Shown here: positions 25,128 through 37,088 of the stretch, piece by piece
Numbering within the stretch: position 1 is the first letter of the stretch
Layout: the number at the start of each line of letters is the position of its first letter
Assembly (NCBI GenBank): GCA_047495785.1
Contig: JBLDXI010000013.1
Span: forward strand, 3,968,001 to 4,032,000
Reading direction: 5' to 3'
Length of the DNA stretch: 64,000 nt
DNA from: Lepidodermella squamata
Taxonomy: Eukaryota; Animalia; Gastrotricha
Notes under the pieces: model-generated
The model's input: only the letters and a program-made list of their open reading frames with translations
Database searches by the model: none
What the model was told of the DNA's origin: nothing
Position numbers and translations under genes: made by a program

Positions 25128-27186
25128 TCAAGCTTCCGGAAGGGCAAAGAGCAAAACGTTGGCATCTCCAGTACCGAGATTACTGGCCCCATAGCGGTAC
25201 GTCCAGTTGCTGCGGATGGAACCATTAATAGATGAAATAGCTGAAAGTTGATTGCATCTTCACATACCCTACCGTGCAAGTAAAGCAATTTTGGTTAGCA
25301 TTAGTAAAGTTGTTGCCAGCCATATTCATCCACCAGCCTCCACCCACAACATTCGAGACTGTAAAAGCTGTGTTGTAACTAAAGGACCCGCTAGTAACGC
25401 CGTTAGGCTGCGAAACGCAAGCCGATGGCTGCGTGACAAAAAATTCAGCGTTTTAATTCAAGTTTGATTAGAAGATATTATACATTGGTGAAGTCCTGCT
25501 GGCACGTCTTGTACTTGTTGGCTTCATTGCCAATAAAAGCATTGTAGGAAAGTGAATGATAGCGGTCGGTTATAAATAGAGAAATCACAAAAACCCATTG
25601 TGCTGTGGAATAAATATATCGTTAGAATATAATATCCACGTATTCTAGCTTAGATTACGCATTATTAGAGTCCACGTTGTTACTGTTGAGGACGATGGAA
25701 CCACCGCCTGAACTGCCATGTTTGCCGTCAATGATCCCGAGTAGGTCCAGTAGAGCAAGGGCTCCATGCTAACTGGTGGGTTGTAAACCTCGATCACCGC
25801 CGAAGATACGCTATCGAATCGGAACTGTAGAAAAATTAATTTCAATTGAAAATCGATGGCTTATCTATAAAACTTTGCCTTCTTCAACCCGGGCGTGTTG
25901 CAGCCGCATAAAATTAGTTTTTCGCTGCTTGGATCTTTGCAGACGCACGTCGATCGTCGAGCCATCATCAATCGTCCTGCACGATGCGTGAAAACGGCAC
26001 ACCTGGCGCTTGAAGTTTCGTTTTTTAAAACCAGCTGAGTCACGGATCCACTGGCCATCAGTTGCACACACCAAGTTGTCGATACCACCAAAGCAAAATC
26101 TGCGAAGAAGTCACGTCATTTTTAAATCTTTCGGGCAATGTTAAGCGGATTTCAGAGATTCCCCTAGCAGACGAGTGGCGCCTTATTACCGCTCTTACTC
26201 ACCTCCAGCAGTAAGTTGGTTCGCAATGTCTAACCCGATCCATTTACTAGCGTTAGTTTTCGACGCAAAACCTTTTATTACGAGGCTCGGATTACAATGT
26301 CATACATTTTGTCAGGTCAACCTATTTTGTAGTCTTGCCAAGTGGTGCTTGCGTAATCCCAGTCGACATACGCTAAAATCAGATATTCTTTTATTAGTTT
26401 CGAAAGCGATTACATTTGAAAAAGAATTACCTATGCGGCGAAAGAAAACCATACTTACTGTGGAAATTGTGAATACATTATACCATCTCTAAATATTGAA
26501 TTAGTATTAAGTGTTTACGATCTTTTTCGCCAATAAGCCACCTGAAACAAATGTTGCTAGCTATATGAAACAAAATTCAAATAAAAATTCGAACCCAGAT
26601 CTGAGAGCATAGACGGGGTTTGGCGCTCGGTAAGCGCATTCCGTAACATAGGGAGTGGAGCCGATGTCAAGTTGAAAATTGTATAAACCTGGGCCTTTGC
26701 CTGTTCTTGCTGCCGTTGTACAATCTACAATTAGCTGGAATTATTGACGGCATCTCAATATGGAAAGCTCAACCCACCGCGGTAAGTGTTCAACTTGCAA
26801 GGCAACGCCTCCCCAAATACATGCTGCGGGGAAAATAGGAATGAATTATAGCGTTTATAGATAAGCCTCACTGAATTTCTTACTGAATGATAGTAATACC
26901 ACCCTTGCTTATACTCGATACCTTCCCACAACTCGTTAGCGTGGCCATAGTTGAGCCAGCAAGTGGAATTAGGCGGAAAATATGAGAAGGAACGACACAT
27001 GCTGTAGCTTGTTTGGTCGCATAGATACGCGCATCGCTGAATGTCTATCCCAGCAACTTGCTGGAACGAATCCGAGGCGATCAGGCGAAAATTGGTGCCA
27101 CAGAACTTGGGCAAAAAATAATCACCAGCTCCGCTTGATCGAGATATCAAAGCTGCAGAGAAACAATAATAAAAAAGAAAAAACAT
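25128..27186 (-). CDS. Secreted PAN + fibrinogen-related domain protein, copy B (12 exons)
   Basis: Same exon chain as copy A: MFFLFYYCFSAAL..., PAN, GWLIGEKD, AYVDWDYASTTWQDYKIGF, WIGLD, YNAFIGNEANKY, GGGWW, LLFALPEA*. Needs a GC donor after exon 8. Confidence 0.75.
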
Positions 27187-27649
27187 TTTTGAACCCAACA
27201 ACCCAGTATCAACGCGAAGACAGTGTTATCTGTGGTCGGGTAAGTTCGAGGGTAGCAGGTAGCCAATATTATCGCACATTTCTTTGAGTGATGGGCTTTC
27301 GGACAAAAAGCACCGAATGTTTTTGCCAAACATTTTAATTACTGTTTATGAAGGTTGACAACGTGAGCCGGATTGTTTGTGGATACGCGGTATCGATTCA
27401 TAAACCCATTTTATCACGGACACGATGATAACTTCGAATTTATGGACCGAATTTTACACAAATTAGGACAAGAAGCATTTTATATATTATTTTATGTTTG
27501 GAAATTGATTCGGAAGAATTTTCGATGAGGTCGATGAGGTCGATGAGAGCAATCGATAAGTCTACAGTGAGATAGACTTTCCTAAAAGCCTCGTTGTAGA
27601 ACAATTACTAAAGCGAACAAATGATGCGAATATGCATTTTTGAGAATTT

Positions 27650-27830
27650 CTTACATTTTTTGAAAAATGCTATGTCGCGTCAATTTTAGGCAATTGCTGA
27701 TCGCTGTCGACAACTTCAGGAACGATTTCGTGGTCATTTAATGTTTCAAGTCAGCTGAGCCACGGACCCACTAGCCCTCAACACTCATCAAGTATTGCCG
27801 TTACCACCAAAGCAATGTCTGAAACAGTAT
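27650..27830 (-). pseudogene. Degenerate PAN-FReD exon-8 remnant
   Basis: ctgtttcag|ACATTGCTTTGGTGGTAACG...AGTGGGTCCGTGGCTCAGCTG aligns to exon 8 (DFALVV...SGSVTQL) but has in-frame stops. Confidence 0.65.
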
Positions 27831-28157
27831 CAGGTTTGATTGATTTTTAATGTAACCATCCGACCTTTCAGAATAATTTGGACTGCACTTTCAATTCCCC
27901 TGAAATGTGTGTGCTTAATGGTAAAATTAGAGATAAAATAATGATAATTGTAATAATTTTACAATGGCTTCAGGTTTGACTATCAGAAGAGAGTATCATA
28001 GATATTAGGAGAAGATAACTATTATATTGAAGTATTGAATGCTCGAGAATAAAAGCAACGGATGAGCCCTGCAAACATATCAGTCACTTGAAAATGAAGA
28101 ACACAATTGAGAAATATTTTCAGGTTATTATTGGGTTTTTGATTGTATAATCCCGAA

Positions 28158-30824
28158 TCAAGCTTCCGGTAAGGCATACAGCAAAACGTTAGAATCCTCA
28201 GTACCGATGACAGGCGTTGCTCCAGCCATAAAACGGTAAGTCGGATTGCTGAGAAGAAATGGTCAACAAAGCCTACAAGATGTTTTCATACATCTTACCC
28301 TGCCGTACAAGTGTAGCATGGCTGAAAATCGTTGGAGAAATTGCCTGCAGTAAGACCCATCCACCAGCCTCCGCGCAAAGTCGTCGATACAACGAATGGC
28401 GTGTCGTAGCCGTGTATTCCGCTATTTACACCGGCCCCCGGTGCAGCACAAGTCGATTGCTGATGAGAAATTTTACATATCAGTTAACAGTTAATCAGTT
28501 GAAATAAATACCTACATTGTTGTAGGTCTGCGCGCAGATTCTGTATTTGTTAGCCTCAGTGTCGATGAAACTGTTGTTGAAGGTAAGCGATACAAACTGG
28601 GCGCCCGATTTCATTTGAGGTACAACAACCCAACGTGCTGCGAAATCAAAGAATGGTTTCAAATTTCAAAGAATCAGATTTTGTCATTTATCCTTAATTA
28701 CGCATTATTTGTATCCAAGTGGTAAACGTGGATGTGCTTGGGGCAATAGCCTGAACTGCCAAGTTCGCCGTCAGAGCTCCGGTGTAGGTCCAGTAGAGCA
28801 AGGGTTCCATACTTCCAACTTCAATCACAGCAGAGCTTACGCCATTGAATTGGAACTTTAGAAAGCTTTCAAATAAACGACGTGGACAATATTAGGCTTT
28901 AAAATGCATGCCTTCTTCAACCCGGGCGTGTTGCAGCCGCATAAAATTAACTTGTCGCTGCTCGGATCTTTGCAGACGCAAGTCGACCGCCGAGCAATCA
29001 TCAATCGTCCACCGCGATGCGTGAAAATGGCACATCTTGCGCTTGAAGTTTCATTTTTCAAAACCAGCTGAGTCATGGATCCACTAACCATAAATTGCAC
29101 GCACCAAGTTGTCGATACCACCAAAGCAAAATCTAAAATAGTATCAAGTTTCATTGATTTCTAGCATCCGACGCTTAAAAAGTTTTAGGGAGTAACGTTA
29201 ATTTCTCCGCGCTTTTACCTCCAGCAGTCAGCTTGTTGGCAATATCTAGCCCGATGAATTTTGTTCCATTCGTCTTTGAAGCGAAACCTTCAAAGGAATG
29301 AGAGGTTGAATTATATGACGGCAAATGATAAATAATTTAGATCATGACCTAGTTTGAAATCCTGCCAGTTTTCGCTTGCGAAATCCCAGTCGACATACGC
29401 TGGAATTCACCTGTCATTCCGAGACTTATTAGATTTCAGATGAAATTCATACCTAAACGCCTGGAGAAAACCATGCAAACTAAGAAATACAGTTGCACAG
29501 AGAAAAATTATTGTTGGATTATTGGCAAAAAGCACCGACTGTTTTTGTCGGACCTTTTAATTGCTGTTCATAAAGGTTGGCAACGTGGCAAAAAAATGAA
29601 ATAAATACATTATTTTAAGTCTGCGCGCAGATTCTGTATTTGTTAGCCATTTGTTAGCTGTAGTGTCGATGAAACTGTTGTTGAAGGTAAGCGATATCAA
29701 TTGGTTTCAAATTTCAAAGAATCAGATTTTGCCATTTATTCTTAGCATGTCGTTGTTTTATTCATATAGGCCCTCCGCCGGCCGGCGCTATAGGCACAGA
29801 GTGGTTGTCATCAGCATGAACATATATTGCCCCCATGCTATCTAGGGCTCTTAGTATTAATCAATTGAACATTATCATAGGCAGTTCATATTTTCGAGTT
29901 TTATGTTGTTATTTTATTTTTGTTTTTCAATTTTTGTCGATTTTTGTTGGCTTTTTGTGCGTTTTTGTAGAAAGGTAGAAAAGTCGATCGAGGGTTCGGG
30001 CTCGTTGCGCCAATTGAGTAGGGCTGAAAATTATCGAAGGTTGTTAACGGCAACAATAAAGGGCTTACAGGCAGGGCTATTGAACAGAGAAAATGTTGAA
30101 CAGTTAGAAAAATTAACGTACGATCTGTTTCGCCTATAGGTGATCTGAAAGGCGGAGCATTGTGACTGTGTAACAAGGCCATTCGAAATTTTACATACCC
30201 TGATTTTAGGTTATACGTAGCATTGGGGGCTCGATAGGCGCATGCTGAGGCGAACGGCCTGGAGCCGATGTCAATCTGAAAGGTATATTTACCCTGGCCT
30301 TTGCCTGTTCTTGCTGCCGTTGTACAATCTACATACAGCAGAATTATTTAAAACGTTCAAGACAACAGATGTTAAATGAAGACGACTTCACCATGATAAG
30401 TATTTAGCTTGCATGGCAATGCTTCGCCGAAGACATTCTGGGTTGTTACAAAAAGGCATATTAATATACTTATTCATTTGCTTTTCATTGGTCATCACTG
30501 ATTGCTCACCGAGTGATAGTAATACCACCCTTGCTTATACTCGATACCTTCCCACAACTCGTTAGCGTGGCCATAGTTGAGCCAGCAAGTGGAATTAGGC
30601 GGAAAATATGAGAAGGAACGACACATGCTGTAGCTTGTTTGGTCGCATAGATACGCGCATCGCTGAATGTCTATCCCAGCAACTTGCTGGAACGAATCCG
30701 AGGCGATGAGTCGAAAATCGCGACCGCAGTTTACAGGCAGAAAGTAATCTCCGGATCCATCAGATCGAGATATAAAAGCCACCGAGAAACAATAGCATAA
30801 AAGAAAATATATATGCAGCATCAT
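28158..30824 (-). CDS. Secreted PAN + fibrinogen-related domain protein, copy C (12 exons, most divergent)
   Basis: MMLHIYFLLCYCF..., PAN, NVFGEALPCKLNTY, AYVDWDFASENWQDFKLGF, FIGLD, FIDTEANKY, AGGWV, LLYALPEA*. Intron 4 (~29480-30121) is enlarged; GC donor after exon 8. Confidence 0.72.
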
Positions 30825-31669
30825 CTTCGAGCGCAATAACCCAATATAAACGGGAAGATATAACCTTTGGTGATCGGTATATTTTGCCGGTAGCCGACAT
30901 CATCGCACACATCTTTGATTGAGGGGCTATCGAACAAAAGGCAACGACTTTTTCTTCCAAATCATATATAATTAAGGTTTTATTGTTGACAACGTAATTT
31001 GGCGGTGTTTAAGGATACGGTATTGATCCAGACACGGATTTATTACGTGCTCCAATAAATTATGGTATGATAATATAAGAATATAATTAGGACATTATTG
31101 AAAAATATAATAAGTGTAGTATCATATGCCTTGCATTGTTAGTTATCATTTTCCGTCGTCCCAACTTGAGCCTGGGATTTTCGATAACTAGGATAAATTT
31201 CGAAGTTCAAGTATGACCTTTTCCCTCAATGTCGGCCACCAAAGTAATTCCGGATCCGGAGCTGCGTTGTTGTCATTTTACTTTTCAAGTGAGATCAAGC
31301 TTTCAGAATTTACCAGCTTATGTTAATAACTGCTTGTGATGTTGAACTTGATAGGAAAAAGTTGCCGAATTTCCACCTGGATATGGATTTCGCATGGAAA
31401 ATTAATTCACTGCGTCTATTTCTAATCCCTTTTGATAACAAATCGAATACTTGATGTGATGTTGGATGTTGGAAGTTGGATTGTAGAAGTACATAGGATG
31501 ACCCCGAAGAATTCGAAAGCTAGTCTCAAACCAAATGAGATGATTCAATGCCGTTGTTTTTATTCATAATTTCATTGTCTTTTGGTTTTAAAATGTCGCA
31601 ATAAATCAAACAAATTATGTATCCAATAAATTAACGTTATTCAGGAAATTGAAATTGTAGAAAAAGCAA

Positions 31670-32196
31670 TCATTGTGGCATTAGAAAAGCAGAGGCAAGC
31701 GACACGACGCATACCAACAATAACGCGAGGACTGAGAAGGACGGGATGACAGCAACAGCGCCAGCAGCGATGATCGAACACTGCGCTCCCAGGCAATTTC
31801 CGTAGCTGTTGGTCGAGCAGGTGCGAGTGTAGAACTGGTTCGAATCGGGCTTGCAGGCGCTAACGCATCCTTGGAAGGTCGTGTTGTCGATCCTGTTGGT
31901 GGCCGACATACAGCGGTAATAGCCTGTTTCAAGCGAGTGCATGGATGATGCATTCAATAAAAGAATCAAACTCCTATACCTGTCAAATTAGCCGGGGCAT
32001 CATTCGGAGGGCACTGTTCAGTGCCTCGATTCTGCTCGCAGTTGTTGATTTGACCAGTGCACTTGTAGCAGGTGAACTGCACAACTAAATGTTGGCGAAA
32101 AATCAAATAACGTTCTATAACTCAGACTGATTTCTTACCAGCGTTGGCAACAACGATCGAGGAAAGGATGGCGATGAAGGCGTACATGTTGTTCAT
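31670..32196 (-). CDS. Small secreted Cys-rich Ly6/three-finger-like protein with GPI-type tail, copy 1 (3 exons)
   Basis: Signal MNNMYAFIAILSSIVVANA; TCYKC..C..C..RC..GCVSAC..TC..C..C; hydrophobic C-terminal tail with no cytosolic extension. Confidence 0.7.
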
Positions 32197-33819
32197 GATT
32201 GTCGCTTGAGGTCTTGTTGTGAATAAAAACAACGGAGTTGAATGTAAAACAAGGATGTTTTGAAATTGTTTGATGAGTTGATGATTTCAAGGCAAAATTT
32301 GCATGGCTTTTAAAGGCGAAAAATCATTAGCTGCCATTCGGACGGCACGCGACCGCCAGAGTTTTAGACAGCCACTGCCAAGCCACTGCGTTATACAGCG
32401 GATTGCGCAACAATTTCAAACTGCTCCGATCTGGCCAAACTGTTGGCAAAAAAGTATCCGTCACTTGCCGATCGGAGTCTTCGGCATTCCTCCTCTCAGG
32501 TTAATCTGCGGGAAACAGTTTAACCCAACCCTTCAATTGCACGTTCGCCCTGGACAACATGCCAAGGGAATGGCGCGTGCTGTCGATGAAACGCATATGT
32601 CAGAGAGGCGCAGCTATGCCCGGTGTCTGAGAAAACGGGGCTGCCTGCTCCTAAGCCACCCAACAGCCGGCCTGACTTTAGCGAAAAAATGAAACATTGG
32701 AAAGGCGCTAATTCCGGCCGGTTAAAAAACCGCATGTCGTGTTTTGAAGAAAGGGAACAGGTCTGACGTTGAGAATTAAAGACAAATTAATCTGTAGAAT
32801 TACGTCGCTAAACGTTTTCTAGATTGAGCGAAAAACGCCTCGGAAGTGGCGAGCGCTTTTCTCCCCGTTGAAGATCGATCCCATAGAGCTAGTTTTAAGA
32901 CTTTAAGACGGATCCAATCGGCCTCGTCCGTGTCCTCACCTATGCGCCCCAGCTTTCCGACCTCAATCATCGCTTTTAAGCCCGTTGGGACCCGTTGTAG
33001 CGATTATAGCCAATTCGGCCACGGCAATTCTGTCAGCGTTGTCACGCAGTCGGCCGCCGAGCTGCGTAGCTCCACTCGAACGAAATCCCGATATTAAAAG
33101 TGCATGTGAGTATATCAGCCCGAAATTCGGCGGATATGACGCGTGTGCAAAGTATTTTTTAATTAATTAATTAATGGCGGCATGATCGCTCGCGACCTGT
33201 ACGCACGCGATGTTACCGCCTTTGCTTGAGCCATTTATAAGGTGGCCGAGCAGTGCAAATGTTTTTTCGAATCATCATTCGTATTCCACTTTCGACTTTT
33301 CAACTCGATACAGCCTACTGGTCACTTTACTGGTCATCCTGATGGGGCAATCCCTGGAAACGGAATCGGCCGAAAACGGAGCACAACCACCCGATTCTGG
33401 CTCTACACCACCGGCCAACAACAGTACTTGGCCTCATACGGGGCCTGAAGGATCAAGCGGGCTGACCACGCAGGCTTCCGAGAATTTGTCACTGGACCAC
33501 GCTCAATGGCAGACATCAAACAAGTATTCCTTGTTAAACCTTGGGAACAGGAGTTCGTCGGACACTGTCAAGACCTTGTGAAGACGGTCAGTTTGGCCAT
33601 TTTTGGGTTGAAAAATCGCGATTTTCGTTCATTTTAATGAAAACTTTTGATCGCTTCGCTAGTAAAATATATTTTTTATATTATCATTTGTAATACCCTA
33701 TTCTCGGCCAGCGATTCTCATTTTAAATAAGGCCAATTCACAATGGCCTATAATTCTGAAATTGGTCTGAAATGAAGTTGGAAAGGGACTCAAAATTTGC
33801 AAAAAAAATCTACCTGTTT

Positions 33820-34915
33820 CCGCCTCTGTTTAGAATTCGGGATAAATTGACTGTTAAGTCGCCAGCTATTATAGCACGGCCACTTCCTGAATTCGGCCGC
33901 CGGCCGAAATTTTTGATTGTAAGAGTGCTCTGCAGCAGTTTTTTGCACACAACTCGGGCAGGAGTATCGCGCCCTAAATTCGGCAACTATTAGTGTTTTT
34001 TCCTACTTTGCCAGCCAGGGAAATTTTTACAAAATATTCGGCAAATACCGAATTATAGAGGAGTTCTTGGGCTATTGAATGCCGGTTTCCGCAAGTCCAG
34101 GCGATTTTACCTTGATTTATGGTTAACTTAGTAGTCACTTAGACTCCTGGCCGGAATTAGGGAAACGGGTACCCTAATTTCGGCCCCCTCATCCAGTTCG
34201 GGCAATGACTTTGATACGGGTAAATTCGTCTCGGCAAGCTGGGTGTGGAAATCGCCTTTGTTGCCTTCACCTGTGAGCTTTTCTTTGACGACGTGATGCC
34301 TGAGCCTCTGGTGTTTATAGTAACTAAGCAGAGAAACGACACGAGCCCCCTCTCCCGCATTTAGAATTATTTGTTTGCGATTACCTGCTTGAAAAAGATC
34401 ATGAAACAGATTGGCTCAACGATGCAAATTTCTTGAGTTGCGTGCAAAGGAACTTAGTGCACAGCACTTTTAGTGTCCTAATTTCGGTCAGTGGCCGAAG
34501 TTAGGTCGCAGCGGCTGGTTTTGATCTGGCTTTTTATTTCTCAAACACGTGATCGCAACAAAATAATTTTTAATTTTAAAAGCGAGGGGCTGAGGCCGTT
34601 TCTGCAAGTGCTTTGTTACCGTATATATACCCGAGTTTCATGCATCTCGTCTTCAGGGTAAAGCTGACGGGTGGAGCAACAAAGACGATTTCTAAATTCA
34701 CCTTGTCGGGACGAATCCAACGATACCAAACCAAAATTACGGTATTAGTGTACCTGCGCGAGGTGGCCGAAGTTACGGAGCTCAATTCTCTAATCCAGGC
34801 CGGGAGTCTGGGCGACTAAATAATTAGCCATAAATCAAGGTAAAATCCTCCGGACTTGCGGATACCGGCAATAATCAGCCTAAGAACTGTCGAATTCTGT
34901 GTTTGCCAATTATTT
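33820..34915. mobile_element. Degenerate foldback/palindromic element between the Ly6-like copies
   Basis: 34036-34395 aligns to the reverse complement of 34539-34915 (e.g. gattttaccttgatttatgg / ccataaatcaaggtaaaatc). 33878-33960 also matches the reverse complement of 34430-34518. Confidence 0.65.
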
Positions 34916-35202
34916 TCAAAAAAATGGATTTTAAAGTTGGAAAAACCCGAAAAGTTTGTTTACGGAACAATTTTGGGTCATTTTGGTTATGAATCTCGTG
35001 GCAGTCTCAAACCAAGCTGTAGAGGGAATTTCAGACGTTAATAGTTTGGCAACGAAACTAATATTATGATTGAATATCGTTGTTTTTATTCATAATTTCA
35101 TTGTCTTTTGGTTTTAAAATGTCGTAATAAAGCAAACAAAGTGATCATGCAAATTATGTATCCAATAAATTAACGTTATTCATGAAACGGTAGAAAAAGC
35201 AA

Positions 35203-35726
35203 TCATTGAAGCTGTACAAAAGCTGAGGCTAGCGACACGATGCACGCCAAGAGCGCGAGGACAGAGAACGACGGGATAACAGCGGCGGCACCGGCGATGA
35301 TCGAACACTGAGCACCCAGGCAGTTGCCGTAGTTGTCAGCAGAGCAGGTGCGCGAGTAGAACTGGTTCGAATCGGGCTTGCAAGCGCTAACGCATCCTTG
35401 GAAGGTCGTGTTGTCGATCTTGTTGGTGGCCAACATGCAGCGGTAATAGCCTGTTTTAAAATAATAAATCAAATTTCAAATATTCTATTAAACATGTTAT
35501 CTTACCAGTCAAATTAGCCGGGGCATCGCTCGGAGGGCACTGTTCAGTGCCGCGGTTCTGCTCGCAGTTATTGATTTGACCGGTGCACTTGTAGCAAGTG
35601 AACTGCACAACTAAAATTTCAGGAACAAAATGTAATCGAAAATTATCAAATTAAAACAAATTTCTCACCAGCGTTGGCAACAACGATCGAGGAAAGGATG
35701 GCGATGAAGGCGTACATGTTGTTCAT
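35203..35726 (-). CDS. Ly6/three-finger-like GPI-type protein, copy 2 (3 exons)
   Basis: Exons nearly identical to copy 1, with the same intron positions and phases. Confidence 0.7.
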
Positions 35727-36378
35727 GATTGTCGCTTGAGGTCTTGTTGTGAATAAAAACAACGAAGTTGAGTGTAAAACAAGGATGTTTTGAAAGTGTT
35801 TGATGACTTGATGATCTCTAAGCAAAATTTTCTTTGCTTTTAAGGGCAAAAAATCATCAGCCGCCATTCGGACGGCACGCGACCGCCAGTCGTTCAGCCA
35901 GTGCGCTCTGTGTCGAATTGCGCAACATCAGGGAAAGCGGGAAGTTCTAAAAATATGGCTCAGATGACAGTTCGAAATTGATGCCTCTCATCGTTGGAGC
36001 TGAAAGTTCTCCAACCTATGGATTAGTCTTTCTAACTATAGATCGAACTGGATATTCATGAAATGCTATATAATTTCAATAAAATACATCAATTTAGAGT
36101 GTTTTAATAGCTTTTTAATAGTTTTGAACTGTTTTTGATAAATATATTGTTGTTGACCCTCTCGAATGTTTCCATCCATGAGAAACTTGGAAATTTGACT
36201 GAAAATCCTTAATAGCTCCCGATGTTGAAGTTTGAAGCATTCTCGGTAGGAATGCCATTTGCGATTACATTGAATTTTTTCCTTTTTCGATCCGTTAAAA
36301 CGGCCTCGGATCGAATAAACCTATGAAAATCAGCTTTCTATTCGAGAGGCTTTGAAGCGATCGCGATATTTCTGAAAC

Positions 36379-36841
36379 ATCACATTTCCCCATTTTTCCA
36401 AATAAGATACACTTGAAATTTTTCAAATTTTTGCCAGAATACGATGAAAAAACACTCACACGGGTTGAACTTGTACGTCTCTTTTATTTCGCATACCCAG
36501 CAGGTGTTCTCTGGGTAGTATCATGTTTTTCGACAAAATTTGGGAGGCAAATATTTCATAAGTGCTAATAACTTTCTTATTATACCATATATCATATCTC
36601 TACAGGTTGTTGATGCTAAGCAGAAGTAGTACATAGTATTCACACATTGTGTAGTAGTATATAACAACTCTTCACCAAACTGCGCTGATGATTGATGATG
36701 ATGGGAAATATTGGCTGAAATGGACAAATTACGAGTGAGAAACGTGACGCGAAATTCCTGTCGATGTGGCACACCGCCTGCCAATTCAAGCGCAAGAAGA
36801 AATAACGAAATTTGTTGTCGGAACAAGAGGCAGTTATACAT
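36379..36841 (-). CDS. Candidate small secreted Cys-containing (PAN-like?) protein
   Basis: Hydrophobic leader ISLFLLALELAGG. Phase-consistent joins TAT G|gtataa..cccag|AG and CCG T|gtgagt..tcaag|TG give QC..FC..TCRDMIYENTCWVC...LIWKNGEM*. Confidence 0.3.
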
Positions 36842-37088
36842 TTATACAATTATTATTATTCGGTTTTCCACATTATAGTTATCATCCTCTTTCAATCCGG
36901 GGTTTAACAACAGCAAAATCGCTCATCACTTCTCACACGTGTCACATTTCAAGCCGTTAAAATCAAGTGTTTTTTATTCTCATTTCGATAAAGTTAAAGA
37001 GAGCCCTATAACTGATCATTACGATGACGAGGATGATGGATCACGCCCACGAGTCTCTGTCGGTTTTTAGAAGATAGTGTAATTACTT

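Noticed and set aside
22272-26074. Second open frame over FReD exon 8 (RFCFGGIDNLV...) suggesting dual coding
   Set aside because: Splice phase selects the DFALVV frame, and the alternative frame has a TAG in copy C.
33210-33581. 123-aa ORF with a short hydrophobic stretch
   Set aside because: No family motif or splice support; lies in the repeat-rich spacer.
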